A DNA stretch of 32,000 nucleotides from assembly GCF_001457595.1 (NCBI RefSeq), contig NZ_LN831039.1, positions 1,230,001 through 1,262,000 on the forward strand, given 5' to 3'. The notes under the pieces are model-generated. The model did not search any database. It was not told where the DNA came from and saw only the letters and a program-made list of their open reading frames with translations. The position numbers were made by a program, and so were the translations under genes. Source of the DNA: Mycolicibacterium smegmatis (GTDB lineage: Bacteria; Actinomycetota; Actinomycetes; Mycobacteriales; Mycobacteriaceae). Positions 23,892-32,000 of this stretch are shown piece by piece (the stretch's first letter is position 1; each line of letters opens with the position of its first letter).

Positions 23892-25334
23892 CTACTTTTT
23901 GCTCAACCGTTCCAACGTGATCGGCAGCCCGTCGGCGGGTGTCGGCCCGGTGCCCCATGTCATGCGTGGCTGATACCCGGCGGGCACATGCCACCGGAAG
24001 TGCCGCAGCAGGTGCAGCATGATCGCCTTGACGTTCATGTTCGCGAACTGCTGGCCGATGCATTTGTGCGCACCGCCGCCGAACGGTGCGAACGCATACC
24101 GGTGGATGGCCGTGGCCGAGGAACCGGTGAGGAAGCGGGCCGGGTCGAACTGGTCGGGTTCGGGCCACCAGTCGGGCAGTCGCATGGACGCGTAGACGCC
24201 GATGGCCACCTGCGTCTTGCGGGGGATGAAGTGTCCGGCGACTTCGGTGTCGGTGAGGGTCTGGCGGAACAGCGTCCCGGCGGGTGCGTACATCCGCAGG
24301 CTCTCCTTGAACGCCGCATCCAGCAGGGGGTACGCGGAATCCAGGTCCTCCATGGTGATCTCACCCTGCGGGCCGGACCGAGCTTCGTCGCGTAATGCGT
24401 TCTGCCACCGGATGTTGCGCCCCAACTCGTAGACGAGCATCGAGATCGCGATGGCGCTGGTGTCATGTGCGGCCATCAGCAGGAAGATCATGTGGTTGAC
24501 GATGTCGGTGTCGCTGAAGCGCTCACCGTCGTCGCCGCGGCTTCGGCACAGCATCGAGAACAGATCGGTGCCGTCACCGTTCCGCCGAGCCGGCAGCTGA
24601 TCGGCGAAGTACCGTTCGAGCCGTCGCCGCGCCCGCAGGCCGCGTGACCACGTACCGCCGGGCACGTCCGCACGGATCATCGCCTGCCCGCCGCACACGG
24701 TGTCGTGGAAGTCCCGCGAGATCTGATCGGCCTCGGGACCGAGTTCCGCACCGATGAACACCTCGGCGGCCTGATCGAGCAGCAGATGCTTCACCGACGT
24801 GTAGAACGGAAACCGTTGTGCGGCAGGCCAGCTGCGTACCGTGCGATCGATGCCTGGACGCATCAGGTCCAGATAACCGTTCAGGGCGCTGCGTGTGAAG
24901 GCCTGCTGCATGATGCGCCTGTGATCGCGGTGCTCCTCGAAGTCGAGCAGCATGATCCCTCGGTGGAAGAACGGCCCGATCACCGGAGCCCAGCCCAGGG
25001 TGCTGGAGAACGCCTTGTCCTTGTTGATCCAGACCGTCTCGAGCGCTTCGGGGCCGAGTAGCAGCGCGACGCGGAAGCCGACACCGCCTGCCCAGGACAC
25101 CGGCCCGTAGCGCTCGTACCGTTCGCGGGCGAATGCCAGCGGTTCGACGAGCGTGCTCATGACGTGTCCGATGACCGGGAAGCCGTAGTTGCCTATCACC
25201 GGTTTGAGGCCGGAGTCCGGCGGCGGGGTGGCCAGTGCGTGCTCGCGGCTCGGGTACCTGGCGGTGAGCCCGGCGACCGCGGTCTGGAATCGCACCTTGG
25301 CATCGGCCGCGGCGTCCGCGGCCAGCATGGTCAT
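23892..25334 (-). CDS. Cytochrome P450
   Basis: ATG 25334; heme motif FAPFGGGAHKCIGQQFA, I-helix MAAHDTSA, ExxR KESLR. Confidence 0.93.
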   Translation of the reverse strand: MTMLAADAAADAKVRFQTAVAGLTARYPSREHALATPPPDSGLKPVIGNYGFPVIGHVMSTLVEPLAFARERYERYGPVSWAGGVGFRVALLLGPEALETVWINKDKAFSSTLGWAPVIGPFFHRGIMLLDFEEHRDHRRIMQQAFTRSALNGYLDLMRPGIDRTVRSWPAAQRFPFYTSVKHLLLDQAAEVFIGAELGPEADQISRDFHDTVCGGQAMIRADVPGGTWSRGLRARRRLERYFADQLPARRNGDGTDLFSMLCRSRGDDGERFSDTDIVNHMIFLLMAAHDTSAIAISMLVYELGRNIRWQNALRDEARSGPQGEITMEDLDSAYPLLDAAFKESLRMYAPAGTLFRQTLTDTEVAGHFIPRKTQVAIGVYASMRLPDWWPEPDQFDPARFLTGSSATAIHRYAFAPFGGGAHKCIGQQFANMNVKAIMLHLLRHFRWHVPAGYQPRMTWGTGPTPADGLPITLERLSKK

Positions 25335-25407
25335 CGCCCGACCCGATCGCGCAGCGTGGCTTTCGTCGAATCCATCAGACGCCTTCCCGTCAATGTGGTA
25401 CGGAATA

Positions 25408-25434
25408 GTGCCAGATAGCCTGAACGTGCCAGAT
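25408..25434. promoter_or_regulatory. Duplicated 9-bp motif GTGCCAGAT, 18-bp period, candidate regulator site
   Basis: GTGCCAGAT at 25408-25416 and 25426-25434 in the P450/TetR divergent intergenic region; second copy is part of palindromic TGCCAGATGGCA. Confidence 0.5.
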
Positions 25435-25478
25435 GGCAACAACGGCTGTCAAGGGTTTGCGGTGATCGAGAGGGACCT

Positions 25479-26135
25479 GTGTCGCAGCGCAGTTACGCCG
25501 GCCAGTCGGCCGAGGAGCGTCGCCGGACGCGACGTACCCGCCTGCTCGACGCCGCCATGGATGCCATGTGCGACAACGCCTGGCGCGCCGTCACCGTCGA
25601 CAAGCTGTGCGCCTCGGCGGGGCTGAACAAGCGCTACTTCTACGAGAACTTCACCGATCTCGATGCGGTCGCCGCCGCCGCGGTCGACGCCATCGCCGCC
25701 GACGTCCGCACCGCGACGCTCTGCGCGCTGGCCGACTCGGCCGATCGACCCGTCGACGAGCAGGCTCAGGCGGCCATGGGTACGCTCGTGCACACTCTCG
25801 TCGACGATCCCCGCCGCGCCCGCGTACTTCTCGGCGGTGTCACGGGTTCGCCCGCATTGCAGCAACATCGGGAAACCGTCATGCGCGGGCTCACCAGGGT
25901 TCTGGTCACCCACGCCCGCGCCGCGCACGGCGTCGAACTCGAAGCCGATCCGCTGGCGCAGGTCACCCCAGCGTTCCTGGTGGGAGGTACCGCCGACGCG
26001 ATTCTGGCGTTCGTCGACGGCAGGGCCAAGGTCTCCCGCGAGCAACTCGTCGACAGCCTCACCACGCTGTGGCTCATGGCCGGCAACGGTGCAGCTGATA
26101 TCGCGCGGACGCGGCGCGCCTGTGATGTGACGTGA
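25479..26135 (+). CDS. TetR-family transcriptional regulator
   Basis: 218 aa, GTG start; RRTRRTRLLDAAMDAMCDNAWRAVTVDKLCASAGLNKRYFYENFTDLDAV N-terminal HTH. Confidence 0.9.
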   Translation: MSQRSYAGQSAEERRRTRRTRLLDAAMDAMCDNAWRAVTVDKLCASAGLNKRYFYENFTDLDAVAAAAVDAIAADVRTATLCALADSADRPVDEQAQAAMGTLVHTLVDDPRRARVLLGGVTGSPALQQHRETVMRGLTRVLVTHARAAHGVELEADPLAQVTPAFLVGGTADAILAFVDGRAKVSREQLVDSLTTLWLMAGNGAADIARTRRACDVT

Positions 26136-26200
26136 AATGTGTTGACAATCGGGGCGATGTCGACCACGTTCGAAGTGAACCGCGCTGTCGAAAGGCTGTA

Positions 26201-26245
26201 ATGAGCGGACCGCTCCTGTTGCTGCGCAACATGATTGGCGAATGA
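26201..26245 (+). CDS. Putative 14-aa leader peptide MSGPLLLLRNMIGE
   Basis: ATG 26201 preceded by AAAGG; TGA 26243-26245 overlaps MFS ATG 26242 by 4 nt (ATGA). Confidence 0.35.
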   Translation: MSGPLLLLRNMIGE

Positions 26246-27435
26246 CGCCGCCCGCAGCAGACACCGGACCCGGCTTGCGCTGGGTCCTGATCACGCTGTG
26301 CGTCACCGAGATCACCAGCTGGGGTGTGCTCTACTACGCCTTCTCGGTGCTGTCCGCGACAATCAGCCGTGACACCGGGTGGTCGGCCCCCGCTGTGACC
26401 GGGGCGTTCTCGGCAGGTTTGGTGACCAGCGCCCTGATGGGCATCGTGGTGGGCCGGTGGCTCGACCGCTACGGGCCGCGCTGGATCATGACCATCGGCT
26501 CTGTGTTGGGTGTGGTGTCGGTGGTCACGATCGTCGCCGCGCCGAATTACGCGTGGTTCGTGGCTGGTTGGATCCTGGCCGGGTTCGCGATGAGCGGCGT
26601 GTTCTACGCGCCGGCCTTCGCCGCGCTGACACGCTATTTCGCGCCGAACGCTGTGCGCGCGTTGACGGTACTGACCTTGGTGGCCGGGCTGTCCAGCACG
26701 GTGTTCGCGCCGCTGACCGCCGCCTTGGAGTCTCATCTGACGTGGCGCCAAACCTATCTGGTGCTTGCCGCGCTGCTCGCAGTCATCACGATCCCCGCGC
26801 ATCTATTCGGGCTGCGACGGCCATGGCCACCGGTCGAGCACCATCACAACGTCGAGGCCCCGACGCGGACCGCACGAAGTGCACCGTTCATCGCGTTGAT
26901 GGTGTCGTTCGCCCTGGCGGCGCTGGCCTCCTATGCCGTCATCGTCAACCTGGTGCCGCTGATGGTGCAACGCGGTTTCAGTACGAGCGCGGCCGCCGTC
27001 GCGCTCGGACTGGGTGGGGCGGGTCAGGTGCTCGGCAGGCTGGGCTATCAGTCGATGTCGCGGCGGATCGGTGTCGTCCCGCGCACCGTGCTCATCATGG
27101 CCGCCGTCGCGGCCACCACGGCACTGCTCGGGGTGCTCACAACATTGGCGGCGCTGATTGTCGCCTCGATCGTCGCGGGCATGGCCCGCGGCATCATGAC
27201 GCTACTGCAGGCCACCGCCGTCACAGACCGCTGGGGCGCAACACATTACGGGCATCTCAGCGGCATGTTGTTGGCGCCGATCATGATCACCACAGCACTC
27301 GGCCCGTTCGTCGGTGCCGCGCTGGCCGACCTGTTGCACGGTTACGACAAGATGTTCCTGGTGCTCGGGGTGATCGCCGCGGTCGCCGCCGCCTTGGCCG
27401 TAGCCACGGGAGTGCGGCCGGCGGTGAGTCGGTAG
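26242..27435 (+). CDS. Major facilitator superfamily transporter
   Basis: 397 aa with about 12 hydrophobic segments; WGVLYYAFSVLSATISRDTGW...GRWLDRYGPRWIMTIGSVLG MFS loop motif. Confidence 0.9.
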   Translation: MTPPAADTGPGLRWVLITLCVTEITSWGVLYYAFSVLSATISRDTGWSAPAVTGAFSAGLVTSALMGIVVGRWLDRYGPRWIMTIGSVLGVVSVVTIVAAPNYAWFVAGWILAGFAMSGVFYAPAFAALTRYFAPNAVRALTVLTLVAGLSSTVFAPLTAALESHLTWRQTYLVLAALLAVITIPAHLFGLRRPWPPVEHHHNVEAPTRTARSAPFIALMVSFALAALASYAVIVNLVPLMVQRGFSTSAAAVALGLGGAGQVLGRLGYQSMSRRIGVVPRTVLIMAAVAATTALLGVLTTLAALIVASIVAGMARGIMTLLQATAVTDRWGATHYGHLSGMLLAPIMITTALGPFVGAALADLLHGYDKMFLVLGVIAAVAAALAVATGVRPAVSR

Positions 27436-27469
27436 ATCTGGACTCAGTGGGCCACCTCGCGAAGACCGG

Positions 27470-28546
27470 TCATGGCATGAGTTTCTCGGGTCGGCTGAAC
27501 CGTTTGCGCAGGGCCAGTGAGACATAGACCAGCGCGACGAGGACCGGCACCTCGATGAGAGGGCCGACGACTCCGGCGAGGGCTTGGCCGGAGGTGGCGC
27601 CGTAGGTCGCGATGGCGACGGCGATGGCGAGTTCGAAGTTGTTGCCCGCCGCGGTGAAAGCCAGTGTGGTGGTGCGTTCGTAGTTCAGGCCCAGCATCGC
27701 GCCCAGCAGGTATCCGCCACCCCACATGATCGCGAAGTAGGCCAACAGGGGCAGCGCAATGCGGACGACGTCCAGCGGCCGGCTGGTGATCTGTTCACCC
27801 TGCAGGGCAAAGAGAACCACGATGGTGAACAGCAACCCGTAGAGCGCCCACGGTCCGACCCGCGGCAGGAATTTCGACTCGTACCATTCGCGACCTCGGG
27901 ACTTCTCGCCAATCCGGCGCGACAGATAGCCGGCCGCCAAAGGGATGCCGAGGAAGATGAGCACCGATTTCGCGATCTGCCACGGCGAGGTGGTGATGGT
28001 GGCTTGCTCCAATCCGAGCCACCCTGGCAGCACCGATAGATAGAACCAACCCAGCACCGCGAACATGACGACCTGGAAGATCGAGTTCAACGCGACCAGG
28101 ACGGCGGCCGCTTCGCGGTCCCCGCAGGCCAGGTCGTTCCAGATGATGACCATCGCGATGCAGCGGGCCAGGCCGACGATGATCAGCCCGGTGCGGTACT
28201 CAGGCAGGTCGGGCAGTAGCAGCCAGGCCAGCGTGAACATGAGTGCTGGGCCCAGCACCCAGTTCAGGATGAGCGAGGACCCGAGCAGTTTGCGGTCCCC
28301 GGTGACGGTGTCGAGGCGGTCGTAGCGGACCTTGGCCAGCACCGGATACATCATGATCAGCAGACCCAGAGCGATCGGCAGCGAGATCCCGTCGACCTGG
28401 ATCCCTTCCAGCGCGATGTTCAGGCCGGGGATCCACCGCCCGAGGAGCAGTCCGGCCGCCATCGCGGCACCGATCCAGACCGGTAGGAACCGGTCCAGCG
28501 TGGACAGCTTGCCGACGACTGTGGCTGTGGTGCTGGTCGTGGTCAT
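27470..28546 (-). CDS. acr3: Arsenite efflux transporter, ACR3 family
   Basis: ATG 28546; LNWVLGPALMFTLAW, GLARCIAMVIIWNDLACGD, FTAAGNNFELAIAVAIATYGATSGQALAGVVGPLIEVPVLVALVYV are ACR3 hallmarks. Confidence 0.93.
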   Translation of the reverse strand: MTTTSTTATVVGKLSTLDRFLPVWIGAAMAAGLLLGRWIPGLNIALEGIQVDGISLPIALGLLIMMYPVLAKVRYDRLDTVTGDRKLLGSSLILNWVLGPALMFTLAWLLLPDLPEYRTGLIIVGLARCIAMVIIWNDLACGDREAAAVLVALNSIFQVVMFAVLGWFYLSVLPGWLGLEQATITTSPWQIAKSVLIFLGIPLAAGYLSRRIGEKSRGREWYESKFLPRVGPWALYGLLFTIVVLFALQGEQITSRPLDVVRIALPLLAYFAIMWGGGYLLGAMLGLNYERTTTLAFTAAGNNFELAIAVAIATYGATSGQALAGVVGPLIEVPVLVALVYVSLALRKRFSRPEKLMP

Positions 28547-28914
28547 GCGGTGACCTCGGCGCGGAGATCGGCACCAAGCAGCACGGCGAGGATTGCCAGA
28601 GCGTCGGGGACGACGGCGTAGTAGACCCACGACGCGCGGCGCTGCGAGGTGAGCAGACCTGCGTCGCGCAGCACTTTCAGGTGGTGCGACACGGTCGGCT
28701 GCGACACCTCCACACCGGCGGAGATGTCGCAGACGCAGGCCTCGCTGCCTTCGCGGCTCGCGATCGCGGAGAACAGTTGCAGGCGAACCGGATCGGCGAG
28801 GGCCTTGAGTTTCACTGCCATCTCGGCGGCCTGCGCCGCCGACAGCGGTTCACGCAGCAGTGCGCCCGATGGACAGCACGCGGCCGGATCGGGCTCTGAG
28901 GTCTGATTCGACAC
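28543..28914 (-). CDS. arsR: ArsR-family metalloregulator
   Basis: GTG start; EACVCDISAGVEVSQPTVSHHLKVLRDAGLLTSQRRASWVYY; 4-nt overlap with acr3. Confidence 0.92.
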   Translation of the reverse strand: MSNQTSEPDPAACCPSGALLREPLSAAQAAEMAVKLKALADPVRLQLFSAIASREGSEACVCDISAGVEVSQPTVSHHLKVLRDAGLLTSQRRASWVYYAVVPDALAILAVLLGADLRAEVTA

Positions 28915-28916
28915 TC

Positions 28917-28938
28917 ATCGATATTGGCATATATCGAT
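28917..28938. promoter_or_regulatory. Candidate ArsR operator
   Basis: Inverted repeat ATCGATAT-TGGCAT-ATATCGAT immediately upstream of arsR start. Confidence 0.6.
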
Positions 28939-28992
28939 ATCACGATTCAGGCCGGGGCGTGGCTTGCGGTGGCCATGCCCCGGTCTCGCCGA

Positions 28993-29457
28993 TCAGCAGC
29001 AGGCAGACTCTGTAGACGTCTCGTCGCGCTGAGCGCCGCAGCACACGCCCTCGGCACTGTCGGCGGAGTGCTGCGGGCTCACGCCGAATGTGTCGGAATC
29101 GGCGAGGACCGTGTAGACCTCCCATTTCTCGCCGGCCGGTCCGGTCACCCACACCTTGTCCTGCGTCGCAAAGCAGCAGGTGGTGCCGATTTCCTCGTCG
29201 GTGAACAGCCCCTCGCCGGTGAGGCGGGCGATCTCGGCGTGAACCGTCTCGCTGGACTCCACCTCGACGCCCAGGTGGTTGATGCTGCCGCCCTTGCCGG
29301 GGTTCTCCAGCAACACCAGCTTCAGTGGGGGTTCGGTGATCGCGAAGTTTGCGTAGCCGGGCTTGACCTTGGCCGGCTCGACGCCGAACAACTTCCGGTA
29401 GAAGGTGATCGATTCGTCGAGATTGTCGACGTTGAGTGCGAGTTGAACACGGGACAT
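28993..29457 (-). CDS. cadI: CadI/ArsI-family glyoxalase-fold protein (cadmium/arsenic-inducible)
   Basis: ATG 29457; MSRVQLALNVDNLDESITFYRKLFGVEPAKVKPGYANFAI, vicinal cysteines IGTTCCFATQDKVWVTGP, Cys-rich C-terminus. Confidence 0.9.
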   Translation of the reverse strand: MSRVQLALNVDNLDESITFYRKLFGVEPAKVKPGYANFAITEPPLKLVLLENPGKGGSINHLGVEVESSETVHAEIARLTGEGLFTDEEIGTTCCFATQDKVWVTGPAGEKWEVYTVLADSDTFGVSPQHSADSAEGVCCGAQRDETSTESACC

Positions 29458-29477
29458 GAGGCGACCTCCTTGACTAT

Positions 29478-29536
29478 TTCGACATATGTCGAACACTTAT
29501 GCTGCCAAGAATGCCACCTTTTCGATATATGTCAAT
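29478..29536. promoter_or_regulatory. Candidate ArsR/SmtB operators in cadI-arsR divergent promoter region
   Basis: Perfect 16-bp palindrome TTCGACATATGTCGAA at 29478-29493 and related TTCGATATATGTCAA at 29521-29535. Confidence 0.65.
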
Positions 29537-29557
29537 ATCCGTGGCTAGAATGGAGGC

Positions 29558-29917
29558 ATGCCCAAAGCGCTGCCCGTCATCGACACCTCCGGCCCGGTCT
29601 GCTGCGCCCCCGTCGCGGCCGGTCCCATGAGCGATGACGACGCGCTCAGCGTGGCCCTTCGCCTCAAGGCCCTCGCCGACCCGGCGCGGGTCAAGCTGAT
29701 GTCGTATCTCTTCTCGTCGTCGGCGGGAGAGGAGAACAGCGGCGACCTGGCAGCGGCCCTGGGGCTCACGGAGTCGACGGTCAGTCATCACCTCGCGCAA
29801 CTGCGAAAGGCGGGCTTGGTGATCTCGGAGCGCCGCGGGATGCACGTGTTTCACCGCGCCCATCCGGAAGCGCTTCAGGCGCTGTGCGTGGTCCTGGATC
29901 CGAATTGCTGTCGCTAG
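29558..29917 (+). CDS. ArsR/SmtB-family regulator with Cys pairs at both termini
   Basis: 119 aa; ADPARVKLMSYLFSS...LAAALGLTESTVSHHLAQLRKAGLVISERRG; PVCCAP N-terminal and NCC C-terminal. Confidence 0.9.
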   Translation: MPKALPVIDTSGPVCCAPVAAGPMSDDDALSVALRLKALADPARVKLMSYLFSSSAGEENSGDLAAALGLTESTVSHHLAQLRKAGLVISERRGMHVFHRAHPEALQALCVVLDPNCCR

Positions 29918-29985
29918 ACGTGTGACCTGCTGATAGGTTGCTCGCTCAAGCGGCGGTACAACCGGGATCATGCGGGAGGCAAACA

Positions 29986-31470
29986 GTGGCGAGACGCGAC
30001 TTCAGGCGCGCGTGCGTGCCGGCATTCGTCGGAGGTGTCGCGCTGACCACCGCGCTCGGGGTGGGCGCGGTGGCGACGACGACACCGGGGACCGCGCACG
30101 TGGCCTCCGGCGTCGGCCTCAAGGCGCTCATCACCCACGGCAGCGCCACCAACTGGAACGCCGACGGCATCGACAAGTTCTACGGCCTCGACTGGAACGA
30201 GAAATACGGGCCGACGGTGGTGTCGCAGTTCTCGCTGTTCCCGTACAACGTCAACCCCGACAACCTCAAGGCCGCGCTGCGCAACAACGTCGGCGATCCC
30301 GAGCCCGACCTGGTGCTCACCTCAGGGCGGGGTTCCGGGGCCGCCACGGTCACGATGCTCCTGCTGCTCAACAGCGGCAGACCCGAGGACCGCGAGTTGG
30401 TGCTCAACACCCGCTGGATCCTGGACAACAGCGTCAACCGGCCCAACGGCGGCTACGGGTCGAGGTACATCCCGTTCAGCATCCTGGGTGTCTACCCATG
30501 GCCGACGCCGACCGACGAGGGCGTCGACATCGTCGACGTCGGCTATGAGTACGCGTGGAACTCGAGTGCCCCGGCGTACGTGACCAACGTTGTCGCGCTA
30601 CTGAATTCGATCATCGCCTACGCCTACCGGTACAAGTCGCAGGCATTCACGGGCCTGCCGGTGGATCCTGCGCTCGGCATCGATCCGGTCACCGGTGAGC
30701 CGAAACTTGAGAAGGGCTACCACTACATCGTCGAGGTCGACGGCACCGTGACCAAGGTGCCGCTGAGCACCCTGGGCAACACCAACACCGCCTACGTGAC
30801 CTACCGGGCCGACGGTCTGCCGATGCTGCAGCCGCTGCGCGACGTCGGCGGTCGGTTCGGCAACGCGGTCGCCGACCTGCTGCAACCGGCGCTCAAGGTC
30901 ATCGTCGACGCGTCCTATCCCGGCGGTGACCCCGTGGCCAACCCGGACCGCTACATCACGGCGAGCCTCTTCACCCCGCCCGACGTGGCGATCAAGGCAA
31001 TCCAGAAATTGCCGTCAGCCATTGCGCAGGGCGTCGAGGACTTCAAGAAGGACGTGGGGCTCACCACGACGAAGGCACCCGCAGTCGAGGAACGCGACGC
31101 CGAACCGAAATCTGTTGAGGAACAAGTCGCTCCGCGGCAGGATGACGACACGGCGAAGGCTCTCGGCGCCACTGTCGCGGTGTCGTCGAAACCTGCCGCG
31201 GAATCCGAAGAGCCGTCGATCAAGAGCGTCACCGAATCCGGCGCCGTCAAAAACGTCACGGTCACCAAGAAGGACACCAAGAAGGCGGCAGACAAACGCG
31301 TCCGTCCGCGTCCGCTCCGCAAGCTCGTCGAGAACGTCACGAAGGCGTTGACGCCCAAGGCCACCCGGCCCGCCAAGACGTCGAAGCCCGCTACGAGCAC
31401 CGATTCCAACGGTGCGTCAGCGGGCCAATCCGACTCCGGTGACGCGAAGTCCGGCGACTCCGACTCCTGA
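29986..31470 (+). CDS. PE-PPE domain-like secreted/exported protein
   Basis: GTG after GGGAGGC; hydrophobic signal-like N-terminus FVGGVALTTALGVGAVA; SQFSLFPYNVNPDNLKAALRNN, GYEYAWNSSAPAYVTNVVALLNSIIAY resemble PE-PPE (serine hydrolase-like) domain proteins; Lys/Thr/Ser-rich tail. Confidence 0.7.
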   Translation: MARRDFRRACVPAFVGGVALTTALGVGAVATTTPGTAHVASGVGLKALITHGSATNWNADGIDKFYGLDWNEKYGPTVVSQFSLFPYNVNPDNLKAALRNNVGDPEPDLVLTSGRGSGAATVTMLLLLNSGRPEDRELVLNTRWILDNSVNRPNGGYGSRYIPFSILGVYPWPTPTDEGVDIVDVGYEYAWNSSAPAYVTNVVALLNSIIAYAYRYKSQAFTGLPVDPALGIDPVTGEPKLEKGYHYIVEVDGTVTKVPLSTLGNTNTAYVTYRADGLPMLQPLRDVGGRFGNAVADLLQPALKVIVDASYPGGDPVANPDRYITASLFTPPDVAIKAIQKLPSAIAQGVEDFKKDVGLTTTKAPAVEERDAEPKSVEEQVAPRQDDDTAKALGATVAVSSKPAAESEEPSIKSVTESGAVKNVTVTKKDTKKAADKRVRPRPLRKLVENVTKALTPKATRPAKTSKPATSTDSNGASAGQSDSGDAKSGDSDS

Positions 31471-31478
31471 CGGCAGGC

Positions 31479-32000
31479 TCACACCGATATCGGCGTCTTG
31501 TCCGGGTAGATCATCTCGGCCGGTGCGTTGGTGCGCCGCCCGACGACGAAGTAGTACAGCGCTGCGGTGACGACGAGGCCGACGATCCAGGAGATGTCGG
31601 CACCGCCGAGCATGTTGGTGATCGGCCCGGTGTAGAGCTTCTGCGCGAGGAACGGGATCTGGACGACGACGCCGACGACGTAGCAGGCGAGTGCGGGCAG
31701 GTTCCATGAGCCGTACCGGCCCGCTGGGTCGTAGAGGGCCGGAATGTCCACGCGCTCTTTGGAGATCACGTAGTAGTCGGTGAGGTTGATCGCGCTCCAC
31801 GGCGTGAAGACCATGAGCAGCGTCAGCACGAAGTTCTTGAAGTTGTCGAGGAAGTCCGCGCTGGCGACCACGGCGATCGCCACGGACACCGCGGTGAAGC
31901 CCACGATGTAGGCGGCGCGGACGGCGGGCGCGATGCGGGTCTGGCCGTTGATCCCGCTCACGGTGGTCAGGATGCACATGAACCCGCCGTAGGCGTTGAG
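31479..32000 (-). CDS. NCS1-family purine/cytosine permease, C-terminal part (5' end outside window)
   Basis: Frame open past window edge (LNAYGGFMCILTTVSG...); NFVLTLLMVFTPWSAINLTDYYVISKERVDIPALYDPAGRYG is characteristic. Confidence 0.85.
   Translation of the reverse strand, partial: LNAYGGFMCILTTVSGINGQTRIAPAVRAAYIVGFTAVSVAIAVVASADFLDNFKNFVLTLLMVFTPWSAINLTDYYVISKERVDIPALYDPAGRYGSWNLPALACYVVGVVVQIPFLAQKLYTGPITNMLGGADISWIVGLVVTAALYYFVVGRRTNAPAEMIYPDKTPISV

Noticed and set aside
24465-26315. Multiple overlapping ORFs in and around the P450, TetR and MFS genes (e.g. 25449-26315 minus, 26074-26802 minus, 26379-27527 plus)
   Set aside because: They conflict with well supported P450, TetR and MFS frames carrying clear family motifs.
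28924-29637. 237-aa plus-strand ORF opposite cadI
   Set aside because: It overlaps cadI and the divergent promoter region and spans the operators. The sequence has no family resemblance and is a shadow ORF.
1-32000. CRISPR arrays, retron/DGR elements, restriction-modification or other recognised defence systems
   Set aside because: No regularly spaced direct repeats, reverse transcriptase motifs, methyltransferase or nuclease defence genes were seen. The two Gly-rich adhesins are not accompanied by a DGR-type RT or a TR/VR pair in this window.

Overview
The window splits into two parts. (1) About 1-21,690 is the late/structural half of a siphovirus-type mycobacterial/actinobacterial prophage. 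In order it carries: terminase large subunit (5' truncated by the window), portal, MuF-like protein, scaffold, major capsid, head-tail connectors, tail terminator, major tail protein, two tail-assembly chaperones, a 1158-aa tape measure with a peptidase-like domain, Dit-like and Gp37-like tail proteins, several minor tail/adhesin proteins and a small membrane protein. It ends at a tRNA-Tyr(GTA) 3' half that looks like an attR scar. (2) About 21,750-32,000 is ordinary mycobacterial chromosome: an orphan ribbon-helix-helix protein, quinone oxidoreductase, MarR, cytochrome P450 divergent from TetR, an MFS transporter, an acr3-arsR-cadI / arsR metalloid locus, a PE-PPE-like secreted protein and a partial NCS1 permease. 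No complete novel defence or mobile system is demonstrable. The best second-look items are: two interleaved perfect 11-bp inverted repeats just upstream of the tail chaperone gene, one arm of which contains a strong Shine-Dalgarno-like sequence; tail chaperone ORFs G and T in the same frame separated by a single TAG instead of the usual -1 frameshift layout; the attR scar with arm-site-like repeats; and a leucine-rich leader peptide overlapping the MFS start. All calls are from sequence reading only; no database search or folding program was run.
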